Assembly: GCA_965371225.1 (NCBI GenBank)
Contig: CBDUXP010000013.1
Coordinates: 10,767-74,766 of the forward strand
DNA from: an uncultured bacterium
GTDB taxonomy: Bacteria > Abyssobacteria > SURF-5 > CBDUXP01
Direction: 5' to 3'
DNA: 64,000 nt
A program made the position numbers and the translations under genes. A model generated the notes under the pieces. It made no database searches, was not told the origin of the DNA, and saw only the letters and a list, made by a program, of their open reading frames with translations. Shown one piece after another: positions 37,763-47,497 of this stretch (the first letter of the stretch is position 1; every line of letters begins with the position of its first letter).

Positions 37763-38881
37763 TCACGCCGCGGCGTCCGCTTTGGCCCGGCGCCGCGCGT
37801 AGGCGAGAGCGCCCGCCCACGCGCCGACCGTGTTCAACAGGAGGTCCGTCGCGTCGCAGGTACGCGTCGGCAGAAACACTTGTCCGCTTTCGACGGCCGC
37901 GCTGAGACAGGCGGCGAGGACCACCGTCACCACCAGCCCGTGGCCGCGCTGCGTCAGCAGCCAACCGAACGGGAGGAACAGCAGCACGTTCAGGCTCCAG
38001 TCCACCCAAGGCCGACGCATTTGGTCGCTGTTGCGAAACGGCACGAGCGACCAGGGGGGGAGCAGCCGACCGCCTGCGACGTCCGCAACGTGCCCGTGCC
38101 ATCCCTGGGGCTGCCGCCCGTCCGCCGCGGACAGGTCGAAGAGCGGAACGGCCTCCGGCCCGGGCTGCGCGCCCGGCGCGTCGGTCGGGGCCACCCCCGC
38201 TTCGGCCAGGATGCGTGCCGGCGGTGGGCCCGCCCCGAGTTCCACGCGCCGGAGGCGCCCGTGCCATCCGCGGTCGCCGATCGCTTCATTGCCCGCCACC
38301 AGGAAGCTGTTGCGCGACCACCGGACCGCGTGCAAGTCCGGCCCGGGATGCTCGCCGACTAGCGCGCCGTTGCGATAGACGCGCAACGTGCCGCCCGTGC
38401 CGATCAGCAGCAGCGCCTGCCACTCGCTGGAAGCCAGGACATCGGGAAAGCGCGTTTCGTACTCGCGGCTCCGGGGGGGGCGCACGGATCGCTGGCGCAC
38501 CCGCACGATGAGGTGCGGCCCGTGCTGGCCAACCATGATGGCATGGTTCGTCGGCGTGCGCGAGTACGCGAAGAGGCGGCTGGGGCCGTACTGGTCCGGA
38601 CGGGCGGAGGACGCTTCCAGGTACACGTAGAACGCGCCCGCGTCCCGGATCGCGGCGCCGACCTCCGGGCTCGCGGCTCCCATGGAGTACCGGCCGATCC
38701 CGGCGAAGACCATGCCGTCCGTGGGGTGCCAGGCGGGCGGCGGCGCCGCGGCTTCGCGAAAGTAGTTCGGCGTGCCGTAACGCAGGGGGTACTGGGTCGC
38801 GAGCACGACGGCGGCCAGATACAACCACAGGGCTGCGGCAGCAGGGCGGTGCCGCATCTGATCGGGAGGCACGAGAGTCAT
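37763..38881 (-). CDS. VanZ-family protein with an inserted LamG/ConA-like domain
   Basis: C-terminal NVLLFLPFG, ESGQVFLPTR and DLLLNTVGA (VanZ); central beta-rich region (RLFAYS..MVGQHG..VRV, LRVYRNG, GNE...GWHG). Confidence 0.65.
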   Translation of the reverse strand: MTLVPPDQMRHRPAAAALWLYLAAVVLATQYPLRYGTPNYFREAAAPPPAWHPTDGMVFAGIGRYSMGAASPEVGAAIRDAGAFYVYLEASSARPDQYGPSRLFAYSRTPTNHAIMVGQHGPHLIVRVRQRSVRPPRSREYETRFPDVLASSEWQALLLIGTGGTLRVYRNGALVGEHPGPDLHAVRWSRNSFLVAGNEAIGDRGWHGRLRRVELGAGPPPARILAEAGVAPTDAPGAQPGPEAVPLFDLSAADGRQPQGWHGHVADVAGGRLLPPWSLVPFRNSDQMRRPWVDWSLNVLLFLPFGWLLTQRGHGLVVTVVLAACLSAAVESGQVFLPTRTCDATDLLLNTVGAWAGALAYARRRAKADAAA

Positions 38882-39155
38882 GGTACATGCGGGGGGCGGG
38901 CCGCGTCGCGTCTGCGTCTCGCGCGTCCGAACCGGCGCACGCCGCTGCGCGCTGGCAGGGTTCTAGTGGATGGAGTATCGTGAGAGGTCGTGACGCGCAA
39001 CGATGGACAACGGGCAACGCGCAGCGTCCGCGCGTGAGCCGCCCCGGGTGGTCCGGCCGCGCGCCGCGCGTGCCTGAACGCATGCGCGATGGGAGCGGCT
39101 GGCGCGGACTCCGTCAGGCGGCGCGGCCGACCGGCGCCCTATCCCGAAGACTCCT

Positions 39156-40631
39156 GTGAGCGGCGTCGGCCAGCGAATCGTCAAGCATTCGTTCGTGTAC
39201 GGGATCCACGTGGTCCTGCGGCGGGTGGCGTCCATCCTCATGCTGCCCGTCTACACGCGCTACCTGACACCGGCGGACTACGGCACCCTCGAGCTGCTGA
39301 GCATCACCACCGAGGTGGCGGCGCTGGTGTTGGGTATAGGCCTGAATGCCGCGCTGTTCAAGTTTTTCAGCGACGCGGAATCCGACGAGGAACGGTCGGC
39401 CGTCATCAGCACCATCCTCATCCTCGTGATCCTGTTGTTCCTGTCCGGCGCGGCGGTGGGTATCGCGTGTGCCGGCCCCCTCTCGGCCCTCGTCTTCGGG
39501 ACGGTGGAGTACGCCGGGCTGTTCCGCGTTGTGTTCATGACCTTCTTTTTCCTGGCTGTGACGCAGGTCGGCTTGCGGCATCTCCAGGCGCACCAGCGGT
39601 CGGGGTTCTTCGTGCTCGTGGGCCTCGGTCTCGTGGCGCTGCAACTGTCGCTGAACGTGTACTTTCTCGTGGCGCGCGGCCTGGGCATCCGGGCGCTGCT
39701 CTACGGCAATCTCATCGCGCAGGCGGTGACGGCCACGCTGCTGATGGGTGCGATGGTGCGCGAGGTCGGCGTGCGCTTCTCCGTCCCGCTCGTCCGCCCG
39801 CTCGTGCGGTACGGCGCGCCCCTGATCGTGGTGAACCTCTGCGCGTTTGTCTACACGTTCGGCGATCGGTATTTCCTGAACCAGTTCGCGAGCACCGCGG
39901 ACGTGGGCCTGTACTCGCTGGCGTACCGTTTCGGGTTTATGCTCACGTTCCTGCTCCAGCCGTTCAACCGCATGTGGGCGGCGGAGCGCTTCGAAGTCGC
40001 GAAGCGGCCTGAGGCGCCGCAGGTGTACCGCCGGGTGTTCAACTACTATCTGTTCTTCCTGTTGTGCGCCGCGTTGGGCATCGCGCTTTTCGCCCGGGAT
40101 GCCATCTACATTCTGGCCACCCCGGAATTCCACCCGGCCTGGCGCGTGGTGTGGATCCTGGTGCTCGCGTACACGGTGTCCTCGGTCACCTCCTTCGGCT
40201 TGATCGGGGTGCTGGTTTCCGGCCGAACGGAACAGAACAGCGTGGCGACGTTCATCGCGGCCGTCGTGGCGCTCGCCGCGTACGCCCTGCTGATCCCGCG
40301 GTGGCACAGTACGGGCGCGGCGGTCGGCACCCTCCTCTGCTTCTGCGTGCGCCACGTGATCCTCATCCACTACTCCCAGCGGCACATCCGCATTCCGTAC
40401 GATTGGAACGCGATCCTCCGCATGGCGGCGCTGGCGGCGGGGTTGCTCACCGTGTCGCTGCTCGCGCCGGTCGAGCGCCTGCCGTTGTCCCTCGGGCTCC
40501 ACGCCGCGCTCTGGCTGGCGCTCCCGGTGGGCGTCTATTTCAGCGGCGCGTTCCCCGCTGCGGAGCGCGCGCAGTTCCTGGCCCTGCTGGCCAACCCGCG
40601 CCGGACCCTGCAGGGCATCCTCGCGGCGTGA
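39156..40631 (+). CDS. wzx: Wzx-type oligosaccharide flippase
   Basis: About 12-14 TM; LPVYTRYLTPADYG, DRYFLNQF..VGLYSLAYRFG, NALLIPRW-like segment. Confidence 0.85.
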   Translation: MSGVGQRIVKHSFVYGIHVVLRRVASILMLPVYTRYLTPADYGTLELLSITTEVAALVLGIGLNAALFKFFSDAESDEERSAVISTILILVILLFLSGAAVGIACAGPLSALVFGTVEYAGLFRVVFMTFFFLAVTQVGLRHLQAHQRSGFFVLVGLGLVALQLSLNVYFLVARGLGIRALLYGNLIAQAVTATLLMGAMVREVGVRFSVPLVRPLVRYGAPLIVVNLCAFVYTFGDRYFLNQFASTADVGLYSLAYRFGFMLTFLLQPFNRMWAAERFEVAKRPEAPQVYRRVFNYYLFFLLCAALGIALFARDAIYILATPEFHPAWRVVWILVLAYTVSSVTSFGLIGVLVSGRTEQNSVATFIAAVVALAAYALLIPRWHSTGAAVGTLLCFCVRHVILIHYSQRHIRIPYDWNAILRMAALAAGLLTVSLLAPVERLPLSLGLHAALWLALPVGVYFSGAFPAAERAQFLALLANPRRTLQGILAA

Positions 40632-40646
40632 CGGCGCGGCCGCGGC

Positions 40647-41792
40647 TCATGTGTCCCGCGCGGACGCCGGATCGCCGGCGACCTCGGTGTACAGCCGCTC
40701 GAGCGCGCGCACCATCGTCTGCTGGCTGAACCGTTCCGCCACGGTCCGCACACCCCGGCCAACCAGGCGTTCCCGCAGCGCCTCGTCGGCCAACAGGGCG
40801 AGGATGGTCTCGGCCAGCGCCGCCGGCTGTTGCACGGGGGTCAGCAGCCCATTGACCTCAGGCTCGATGATCTCTTGGGAGGTGGGGATCGCCGTCGAGA
40901 TCACGGGGACCCCGGCGGCCATGGCTTCGATGATGACGAGACCGAACCCCTCATAGTGGGAAGACAGCACGAACACGTCGAAGGCGCGCAGGAGCGCAGG
41001 CACGTCTTGCCGAAAGCCGAGGAAGCGCACGCGGTCGCCGAGGCCCAATCCCGCCGCGCGCGCTTCCAGCGTCGCGCGTTCGCGGCCGTCGCCGGCCAGC
41101 ACGAGCCGGGTGTCCGGCCGCTGTTGCACGACCTGGGCGAACGCGTCGAGCAGATCCCCGTAGCCTTTCTGCGGGTGCAGCCGGCCGACGGTGCCGATGA
41201 CGGTCTCGCCCGCCGGGATGCCGAGCCGCTCCTTGGCCGCGCGCCGGTCCTCGGCGGACGCGTACGCCGCCGGATCGATCCCGTTGTAAATGACGGTGCA
41301 CCGATCGGGGCGGATGCCCGGCTGCTCGCAGACGAAAGCCTTGACAGATTCGGAGACGCACCGGATGCGGGCCGTTCGTGGCGCCAGCAGGCAATCCCAG
41401 CGGACCTGCCACCGCGACTTCACAGCGGTGTTGTGCTCAGACGCGATAAGACGCCGGCGCCCGGCCATCAGCGCGGCGAGCCGCCCGACTGTGTTCGCAT
41501 GCGGGAGGTGCGTTTCGACCACGTCGTATCCCCCCTGCCGCAAGAGCCGGGCGAGGCGGAGGATGGCCCGGACGTTGTAGCGAAACGGCAGAGGGCGGGT
41601 GTAGTCGAACACCTTGGCCACGTGGACAGTGTAGCCCGCCTCCTGAAACGCCGGGATCAACCGGTTGTCGTCATCGTACAGGCAGAAGAACGTGAGGTTG
41701 TATTTCGCGCGATCGATGGTTCTGGCTACGCGCAGGAGCAGGGCTTCCGCGCCGCCGATGCCGAGTCCGGTAATGATGACAGCGATTCGCAT
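40647..41792 (-). CDS. Glycosyltransferase family 4
   Basis: GGAEALL, VIYNGID, GRLHPQKG, SHYEGFGLVIIEAMAAG. Confidence 0.93.
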   Translation of the reverse strand: MRIAVIITGLGIGGAEALLLRVARTIDRAKYNLTFFCLYDDDNRLIPAFQEAGYTVHVAKVFDYTRPLPFRYNVRAILRLARLLRQGGYDVVETHLPHANTVGRLAALMAGRRRLIASEHNTAVKSRWQVRWDCLLAPRTARIRCVSESVKAFVCEQPGIRPDRCTVIYNGIDPAAYASAEDRRAAKERLGIPAGETVIGTVGRLHPQKGYGDLLDAFAQVVQQRPDTRLVLAGDGRERATLEARAAGLGLGDRVRFLGFRQDVPALLRAFDVFVLSSHYEGFGLVIIEAMAAGVPVISTAIPTSQEIIEPEVNGLLTPVQQPAALAETILALLADEALRERLVGRGVRTVAERFSQQTMVRALERLYTEVAGDPASARDT

Positions 41793-41814
41793 GGACGGAC
41801 GCGCGGCGGCGGGC

Positions 41815-42873
41815 CTACGCCCCCGCCCGCGCCGCCGGCCGGATCACCCAGCCGCGCACCCGTCGCAGTAGTTCCAGCAGGCCGCACAGTTCCGCTTCGA
41901 ATTCGATGTCCGTCACGTTCTCGCCGTCCACGAAGCGCCGCAACTCCAAGCGTGGGGTGTCCCGGTAGTTCAAGCCGGGCTTCGTGGTGGTGGCGCTGAC
42001 GATACCCAGCTCGGCCAGCCAGGGCCACTGCCGCGGATGGTACGCCCCGCTCGGATAACAGAGATGGGCGAGCGGCTCGCGCACGAACGGGCGCAAGGCG
42101 TCGCGGTTCTCCTGAATTTCGCGCTCGCACTCCATCCGGTCGTCCTGCGGCAGCGCGTGCCGGTGCGTGTGCAGTTGGAGGTCGAGGCCCCCGTCCACCA
42201 GCGTCTGCATCTGCGGTGCCGTCAGCAGGAGGAATAACGGCTGCCCATTCGTTCCGCACAGGCTCACATCGAGCGCCTCGGCGACCGCGACCGCCAGGTC
42301 CCACCGTTCCTCGGCGTTGAGGCGGGCTTCCCCGAATGCGAGCACGGCGTCGCACGCCCGCGCCCGCTCTGCGGCGCGGGACAGATCGAATGGTCCCGCC
42401 AGCGTCGCATCGCGATGTGGCAGCGCGAAGGTGGAGACCGTCGTCAATGCATATGCGTACCGCACGGCCACGTTGAAGACCGGGACTTCTTTCAGCGCGT
42501 AGTGCGTGGTGACGTACACGGTCGCGGGCATGTTGTGCTCGCGCAGGATGGGGAGGACGTCGCTGCACGTGCCGCTCCAGCCGTCGTCTACGGTGATGAC
42601 CGTGGCGCACGGGGGCAGCTCGCCGCCGTCGAGTCCACGCACCGCCTCCGCGAGCGGCACCACGGGATACCCCCACGCCGCCAGTCGCGCCATGCGCCGG
42701 CGGAAGGTGGCGGGCTGCATGAAGAGCATGTCGTCGAACGTGTGTTCGTCCTTCTGGGAGATGCCGTGATAGCAGAGGATGCGTACGCCGCGCCGCGTGA
42801 GCCACCGGCAGAGAGGAAACGCTCCTACGCGCTTGAGAGCATGGAGGATCGCGACCTTGAACCCGTGTCGCAT
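41815..42873 (-). CDS. Polysaccharide deacetylase (NodB/CE4)
   Basis: ILCYHG, ITVDDG, LQLHTHRH, CYPSG, TTTKPGLN; start placed at the ATG at 42873 after GGAGG. Confidence 0.9.
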   Translation of the reverse strand: MRHGFKVAILHALKRVGAFPLCRWLTRRGVRILCYHGISQKDEHTFDDMLFMQPATFRRRMARLAAWGYPVVPLAEAVRGLDGGELPPCATVITVDDGWSGTCSDVLPILREHNMPATVYVTTHYALKEVPVFNVAVRYAYALTTVSTFALPHRDATLAGPFDLSRAAERARACDAVLAFGEARLNAEERWDLAVAVAEALDVSLCGTNGQPLFLLLTAPQMQTLVDGGLDLQLHTHRHALPQDDRMECEREIQENRDALRPFVREPLAHLCYPSGAYHPRQWPWLAELGIVSATTTKPGLNYRDTPRLELRRFVDGENVTDIEFEAELCGLLELLRRVRGWVIRPAARAGA

Positions 42874-42893
42874 CCCCCCCCTCCGGGGGCGCG

Positions 42894-43856
42894 CTACTGC
42901 CGCTTCGCCCATCGGAGCAGGGCGCTGCGCGACCAGACCATGAGGTAGCTGATGGGCGTGTAGCTGCCTTCCGCGTGCAGCCGCTGCCGCGTGGGCGACG
43001 TGGCGAGCGCGTTCCGGTTCGCTTCCTCCCCGGGTCCGCTGTAGAAAAACTGCGCGCCCCCCTCCTCCGGAATCTGCCGGATGTACCACAGCCGCGGACT
43101 GATGACGGCCACGTAGGGATCGTAGAACCAGCTATCCCCAAACCACCCCTTCACGTGCGGGTTCAGCTCGAAGAACTCCGCCAACCGCAGGCAGAATCGG
43201 GTGAGCCCTTCGGGCGTGAACTCCGAAAAGTCGCGGCTGTCGCTGTGCGGTTCGCAGATGGTGCGGAACCCCCGGGTTTCGAACGTGAAGTACCACAGGC
43301 CTTTGAAGAACTGCCGCGGCCCGTGGCGCCAGAGCAGGCTGCGCGGGACGCCGGAATATTCCTGAATCAGCCGCATGCCCGCCGGAATCATCCGCTGGCT
43401 GCAAATGGCCACGTCCTTGCAGAAGTTCTCGTTCGGGTACAGGTAGAACCCAGGCGCGTTGGTGTCGAGGCTATCGACAATGCGCTGCAGGGCGAGGGAG
43501 TACTGTTCCGCGATGCTCAGGGGAAGGATCCGCCCGCGGATGCGTTCGCGAAACCGCGCGATGAGGGTCATGAAAACGAGTTGATGGTACTGCTCGAGCA
43601 GCGGCTCGCGGCCCCCCGCCGCGATGGCGTTGCACATCTCCAGCGTCGCATCGCTGACAAAATGATAGGCCGCGTACCGGGGGCGCGCATCCAGGTGCTG
43701 GATATACGTGTCGATGGGATACCGCGCGAGCAGGTCGGCGTCCACGGCCGCAATCGCGTGCTGCAAGCGCTCCTGCTGCGCGCGCGTGTCCGGCACGACG
43801 ACCGTCTGCCCGTTCTCGCGCACCTCCCCCGCGGCCACCACCGGCGCGCCGCTCAT
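42894..43856 (-). CDS. Hypothetical protein, candidate GNAT_C-type (Orf11*/Dbv8-like) amino-sugar N-acyltransferase
   Basis: Helical N-half; C-half pattern H..(x)..TPE..RLAEFF..P..SWFYDP resembles, from memory, the H..TPE..FF..SWLLDP pattern of GNAT_C proteins. The ORF is secure (ATGA coupling); the family call is tentative. Confidence 0.5.
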   Translation of the reverse strand: MSGAPVVAAGEVRENGQTVVVPDTRAQQERLQHAIAAVDADLLARYPIDTYIQHLDARPRYAAYHFVSDATLEMCNAIAAGGREPLLEQYHQLVFMTLIARFRERIRGRILPLSIAEQYSLALQRIVDSLDTNAPGFYLYPNENFCKDVAICSQRMIPAGMRLIQEYSGVPRSLLWRHGPRQFFKGLWYFTFETRGFRTICEPHSDSRDFSEFTPEGLTRFCLRLAEFFELNPHVKGWFGDSWFYDPYVAVISPRLWYIRQIPEEGGAQFFYSGPGEEANRNALATSPTRQRLHAEGSYTPISYLMVWSRSALLRWAKRQ

Positions 43857-45097
43857 CGCGGCACCGCCGCGGGCTCTGGCACCAGTTCGGTGTAGAGGTC
43901 GAGCATCCCCTGCGCCAGTTGCGGCCATGCGAATTCCTGCTCCACCCGCGCCCGGCCCGCGCACCCCAGTCGAAGCCGGCGCTCACGGTCGGCGAGCAAG
44001 GCGACCGCGGCCGCAGCGAACGCCTCCGGAGTATCTGCGACGCACACGTCTCGCTCGGCCTCCGCATGCAGACCCTCACAGCCCACCGAGGTGGACAGCA
44101 CAGCCTTCTGCATTGCCCACGCATCGAGAACCTTCAGGCGCGTGCCGCCGCCTACGAGCAACGGCACGAAGAAGACGGCCGCTGCCTGCACGAGCGGACG
44201 GATGTCCTCCACCAGGCCGGTGACCGTCACGTGCTCCGGGTCGGCCGCCGCCGCGGCCACGGCGCCCGCCGAGGGGTGGGACCCGACGAACGTCACCGTG
44301 GCGTCCGGCCGCTCCCGGCGAATGCGCGGCCAGACGTCGCGGAGGAACCACGCGACGCCATCCCGGTTCGGGTACCACGACATCCCACCCACGAAAATCA
44401 GGTTCGGCGCCGATCCAGCGGGATCGGGGCCGGCACGGAAGTACGCCGTGTCCGTCCCGTTCTCCACCACGTGCACGCGCGCGCCCGGCGCCATCGCCAG
44501 GAAATCCTCGCGGTCGCTTGGGGAAACGGCCACGTGCGCGCCGACGCGCTGAAAACACGCGATCTCATACCGCCGCACCTTGCGCGCCTGCACGCCGAGG
44601 TACCAGCGCGCGGCGGGATTCGCCTCCGCCTCCGCGCGCCGCGCCAGCAGCTTCGACTCCACATTCTGATGGATCAACACCTGCGGCAGCGCCGGAGCCA
44701 GCGCCCCGTAGGGCGCTAGGGCGAGAGTTTCGAACTGCACCAGGTCGATCTGTTCCCGCCGCAACAGGTCCGCGGCCGCAGCGCGCAGCGGCGCCGATGC
44801 AAAACGGGGCACCAGGTACGGGTCGGCCGACAGGAGGTTGCGCGCGAGCAGTCCGGCATATGCGGCGCGGGACTGTTCCGTGGGAATGGGAAACACGCGG
44901 ACTTCCGCGCAGAATTCTTCCAAATGACGGACGGAAGCCGCCAAGGGATCGCCGGATTTGAGCAGGACCGTTTGATTGAAGGCGTACAGGAAGATGCGGT
45001 GGTGGCGGGCCACTTCCCGGAGCAGGTTGTAGCAGCGGAGCAGCACCCCTGAGGTGAGCGGATACGGCACCAGGTTCGAGAAGAGGAGGATGTTCAT
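43853..45097 (-). CDS. Glycosyltransferase family 4 (type seen in PEP-CTERM/exosortase loci)
   Basis: PYPLTSGVLLRCYNLL, HQNVES, VENGTD, FVGGMSWYPNRDG, GGGTRLKVLDAWAM. Confidence 0.88.
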   Translation of the reverse strand: MNILLFSNLVPYPLTSGVLLRCYNLLREVARHHRIFLYAFNQTVLLKSGDPLAASVRHLEEFCAEVRVFPIPTEQSRAAYAGLLARNLLSADPYLVPRFASAPLRAAAADLLRREQIDLVQFETLALAPYGALAPALPQVLIHQNVESKLLARRAEAEANPAARWYLGVQARKVRRYEIACFQRVGAHVAVSPSDREDFLAMAPGARVHVVENGTDTAYFRAGPDPAGSAPNLIFVGGMSWYPNRDGVAWFLRDVWPRIRRERPDATVTFVGSHPSAGAVAAAAADPEHVTVTGLVEDIRPLVQAAAVFFVPLLVGGGTRLKVLDAWAMQKAVLSTSVGCEGLHAEAERDVCVADTPEAFAAAAVALLADRERRLRLGCAGRARVEQEFAWPQLAQGMLDLYTELVPEPAAVPR

Positions 45098-47040
45098 GCG
45101 TACAGGGATCCGGGCTGGATGTCGTGTTGCGGCCCGGGCGCCGCCGCGCTGCCGAGGTACTCGCGATGCCACAGCATGAACGTCAGCAATCCCCAAATGT
45201 GATTCACGTAGTTCGCGCGCCGGGCGAAGTGGTCGTCCAGCAGCCGCCGCACCACGGGGTACTCGAACACCCCCGCCTGCTGCACCGCGGTCCGGGAAAG
45301 CACGTCCTCCAGAAACGGCCGCAGCTCGCCGCGGAACCACTCGGGTAGCGGCACGCTGAACCCCATCTTGCGGCGATTCAAGATGTGCGGCGGTAGCAGG
45401 TCCGCCACCGCCCGCTTCAGGATGTGCTTCCGCTCCAGGCCGCGCAATTTCAGCGCCGGGGGAATCGTGGCCGCGTATTCCAGCACGTGGTGATCCAGGA
45501 ACGGCACGCGCACCTCCAGCGAGTGCGCCATGGAAATCCGATCGCTCAGGGTCAACAGGTCGCCGGGCAGATACAACTTCAAATCACAAAACAACGCGCG
45601 GTTCAGGGGCGCGGCGTCGGCCACCCCGTTCATGGACCGGCGACACAGGTCCCCCGGCTCGTCCAGGGTGACCTGTTCGCGCATGCCGGGGCTAAGCAGG
45701 TCCTGCCGCAGGGCGGTGCCGAAGGTGGAGATGAGCGCGAAGTACCGCGCGTCGAACTCCAGGTCGAGCCCATGCACGAAGCGTTTGGCGCGTCCGGTCC
45801 ACTGGCCGCCCCGCCGGGAATCCGGCAACCGGTCCACCAGCGGCGCCAGTACTCCCTGCCGCAGCCACCGGGGCAGGCGGCGCAGGTGATTGCCCAGCAG
45901 CGCGCCCCGGTAGCGCTCGTACCCGGCCGCGACTTCATCGCCCCCCAGCCCGGAGAGCGCGACGGTCACGTGGCGGCGGGTCAACTCGCTCAGGTACCAA
46001 TTCGGAATCGCGGAAGAGTCGGCGAACGGCTGGTCGAACGCCCGCACCAGATGGGGCACCACCTCCGTGAGGTCCGGGCGGACGACGAACTCGCGATGCT
46101 GCGTGGCGTACCGTTCAGCGATCTCCCGCGCGGCCGGCCGTTCGTCGTACAGCTCGCCACCGTCCTCGTAGCCGATGGAAAACGTGCGGACCGGCTCGGA
46201 GCTGTGCGCGGCCATGAGCGCCACCACGCTCGCCGAGTCGATGCCGCCCGAGAGAAACGCGCCGAGTGGCACGTCCGACATGAGGCGCACGCGCACCGCG
46301 TCCTCCAGGTGGGCGCGCAGGCCCTCCGCGGTCTCGTCCGGCGTCCGCGTCTCGTCCACGTCGTACCGCAGGTCCCAGTACTTGCGCACCTCGCAGGCGC
46401 CGTTCTCGGCGACCAGCACGTGGCCGGCCTCCAGTTCCTGGAGGTCCTGGAAAATGGTCAGCGGCGCGGGGACGTACAGGAAGGTGAGGAAGTGGTTGAG
46501 CGCTGCGGGACTCAAGCGGCGTTCAACCGCCGGGTGCTGCAGCAGGCATTTCAGTTCGGAGCCCCAGAGCAACTGGCCGTCGGCCACGGTGTAGAAGAGC
46601 TGCTTAATGCCGACGCGGTCGCGGGCGAGCAACAACCGGCCGCGCGGCGCGTCCCACACGGCGAACGCGAACATGCCCCGCAGATGGGCGACGCAGTCCA
46701 CCCCATACTCCTCGTAGGCGTGCACGATGACTTCCGTGTCGCAGCGGGTGCGAAACCGGTGGCCGCGCCCTTCCAGCTCGCGGCGCAACGCCTGGAAGTT
46801 GTAGATCTCCCCATTGAACACCACCCACACGGACTCGTCTTCGTTCGCGATGGGCTGGGCGCCGCCGGCAAGATCGATGATGGCCAGGCGGCGCATGGCC
46901 AGCCCCACGCGGCCTGGATCCTCGTAGAAGCCCTCCCCGTCCGGGCCCCGGTGGGTGATGACCCGGTTCATGGCCTCCAACAGGCCCCGGTCGATGGGGA
47001 GGCCGCCCTCCAGGGAGTGGATTCCAGCGATGCCGCACAT
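45094..47040 (-). CDS. asnB: Asparagine synthase (glutamine-hydrolysing)-like amidotransferase
   Basis: MCGI N-terminal Cys, HRGPDG, RRLAIID, FNGEIYN, RDRVGIKQL, LSGGIDS, LSGLGGDE, SLEVRVPFLD, KMGF. Confidence 0.95.
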   Translation of the reverse strand: MCGIAGIHSLEGGLPIDRGLLEAMNRVITHRGPDGEGFYEDPGRVGLAMRRLAIIDLAGGAQPIANEDESVWVVFNGEIYNFQALRRELEGRGHRFRTRCDTEVIVHAYEEYGVDCVAHLRGMFAFAVWDAPRGRLLLARDRVGIKQLFYTVADGQLLWGSELKCLLQHPAVERRLSPAALNHFLTFLYVPAPLTIFQDLQELEAGHVLVAENGACEVRKYWDLRYDVDETRTPDETAEGLRAHLEDAVRVRLMSDVPLGAFLSGGIDSASVVALMAAHSSEPVRTFSIGYEDGGELYDERPAAREIAERYATQHREFVVRPDLTEVVPHLVRAFDQPFADSSAIPNWYLSELTRRHVTVALSGLGGDEVAAGYERYRGALLGNHLRRLPRWLRQGVLAPLVDRLPDSRRGGQWTGRAKRFVHGLDLEFDARYFALISTFGTALRQDLLSPGMREQVTLDEPGDLCRRSMNGVADAAPLNRALFCDLKLYLPGDLLTLSDRISMAHSLEVRVPFLDHHVLEYAATIPPALKLRGLERKHILKRAVADLLPPHILNRRKMGFSVPLPEWFRGELRPFLEDVLSRTAVQQAGVFEYPVVRRLLDDHFARRANYVNHIWGLLTFMLWHREYLGSAAAPGPQHDIQPGSLYA

Positions 47041-47431
47041 CGTGTCTGGCCGTAGCAGGAGGCGTGCCGCGGTCCCGGTCGCGGGGGCGTGCGCCCCGAT
47101 TCGCGCCGGTTGGGGTTCGTCGTGGCACAGCATCCGCCACGGGGTGCACCCGGCTGCCCGCTCCGTCTCAGCATACCGAATTCCGGCGAAAGGGACCACG
47201 CGAGGCCATTCGGCCGGGTCGGGAACCAGTGTTGTGCCAAGGGGTTCCGGCGCTGACCGCTCCACGGGACCCCGGCGATCTGTGTGTGAATAGTCACATG
47301 CCGGGAGCCCGAGTTTGGATCATTACCCCCCTATTAGAGGGGGGCCAGGTGTTGAAGCTCCGCAACGCGGTGATGCGCGACCGCAACCCCAGCGGGGTAG
47401 CTGGACCGCAGCGCATCCGGGTAACGGTACG

Positions 47432-47444
47432 TAACATATTGATA
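47432..47444 (-). promoter_or_regulatory. IHF-binding consensus site
   Basis: Minus strand TATCAATATGTTA is an exact match to WATCAANNNNTTR, about 37 bp upstream of a sigma-54 element, within an AT-rich patch. Confidence 0.6.
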
Positions 47445-47480
47445 TGACATAAGTTATGCAATATGGCAACCCGCCGCCGG

Positions 47481-47497
47481 CTGGCATTGGCCTTGCG
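47481..47497 (+). promoter_or_regulatory. Sigma-54 (-24/-12) promoter
   Basis: CTGGCATTGGCCTTGCG fits TGGCA-N6-TTGC with exact spacing, 57 bp upstream of the first ATG of the long plus-strand operon. Confidence 0.72.

Noticed and set aside
47225-47240. Minus-strand TTGGCACAACACTGGT as a sigma-54 promoter for the asnB operon
   Set aside because: The -24 half is good but the invariant -12 GC is replaced by GT.
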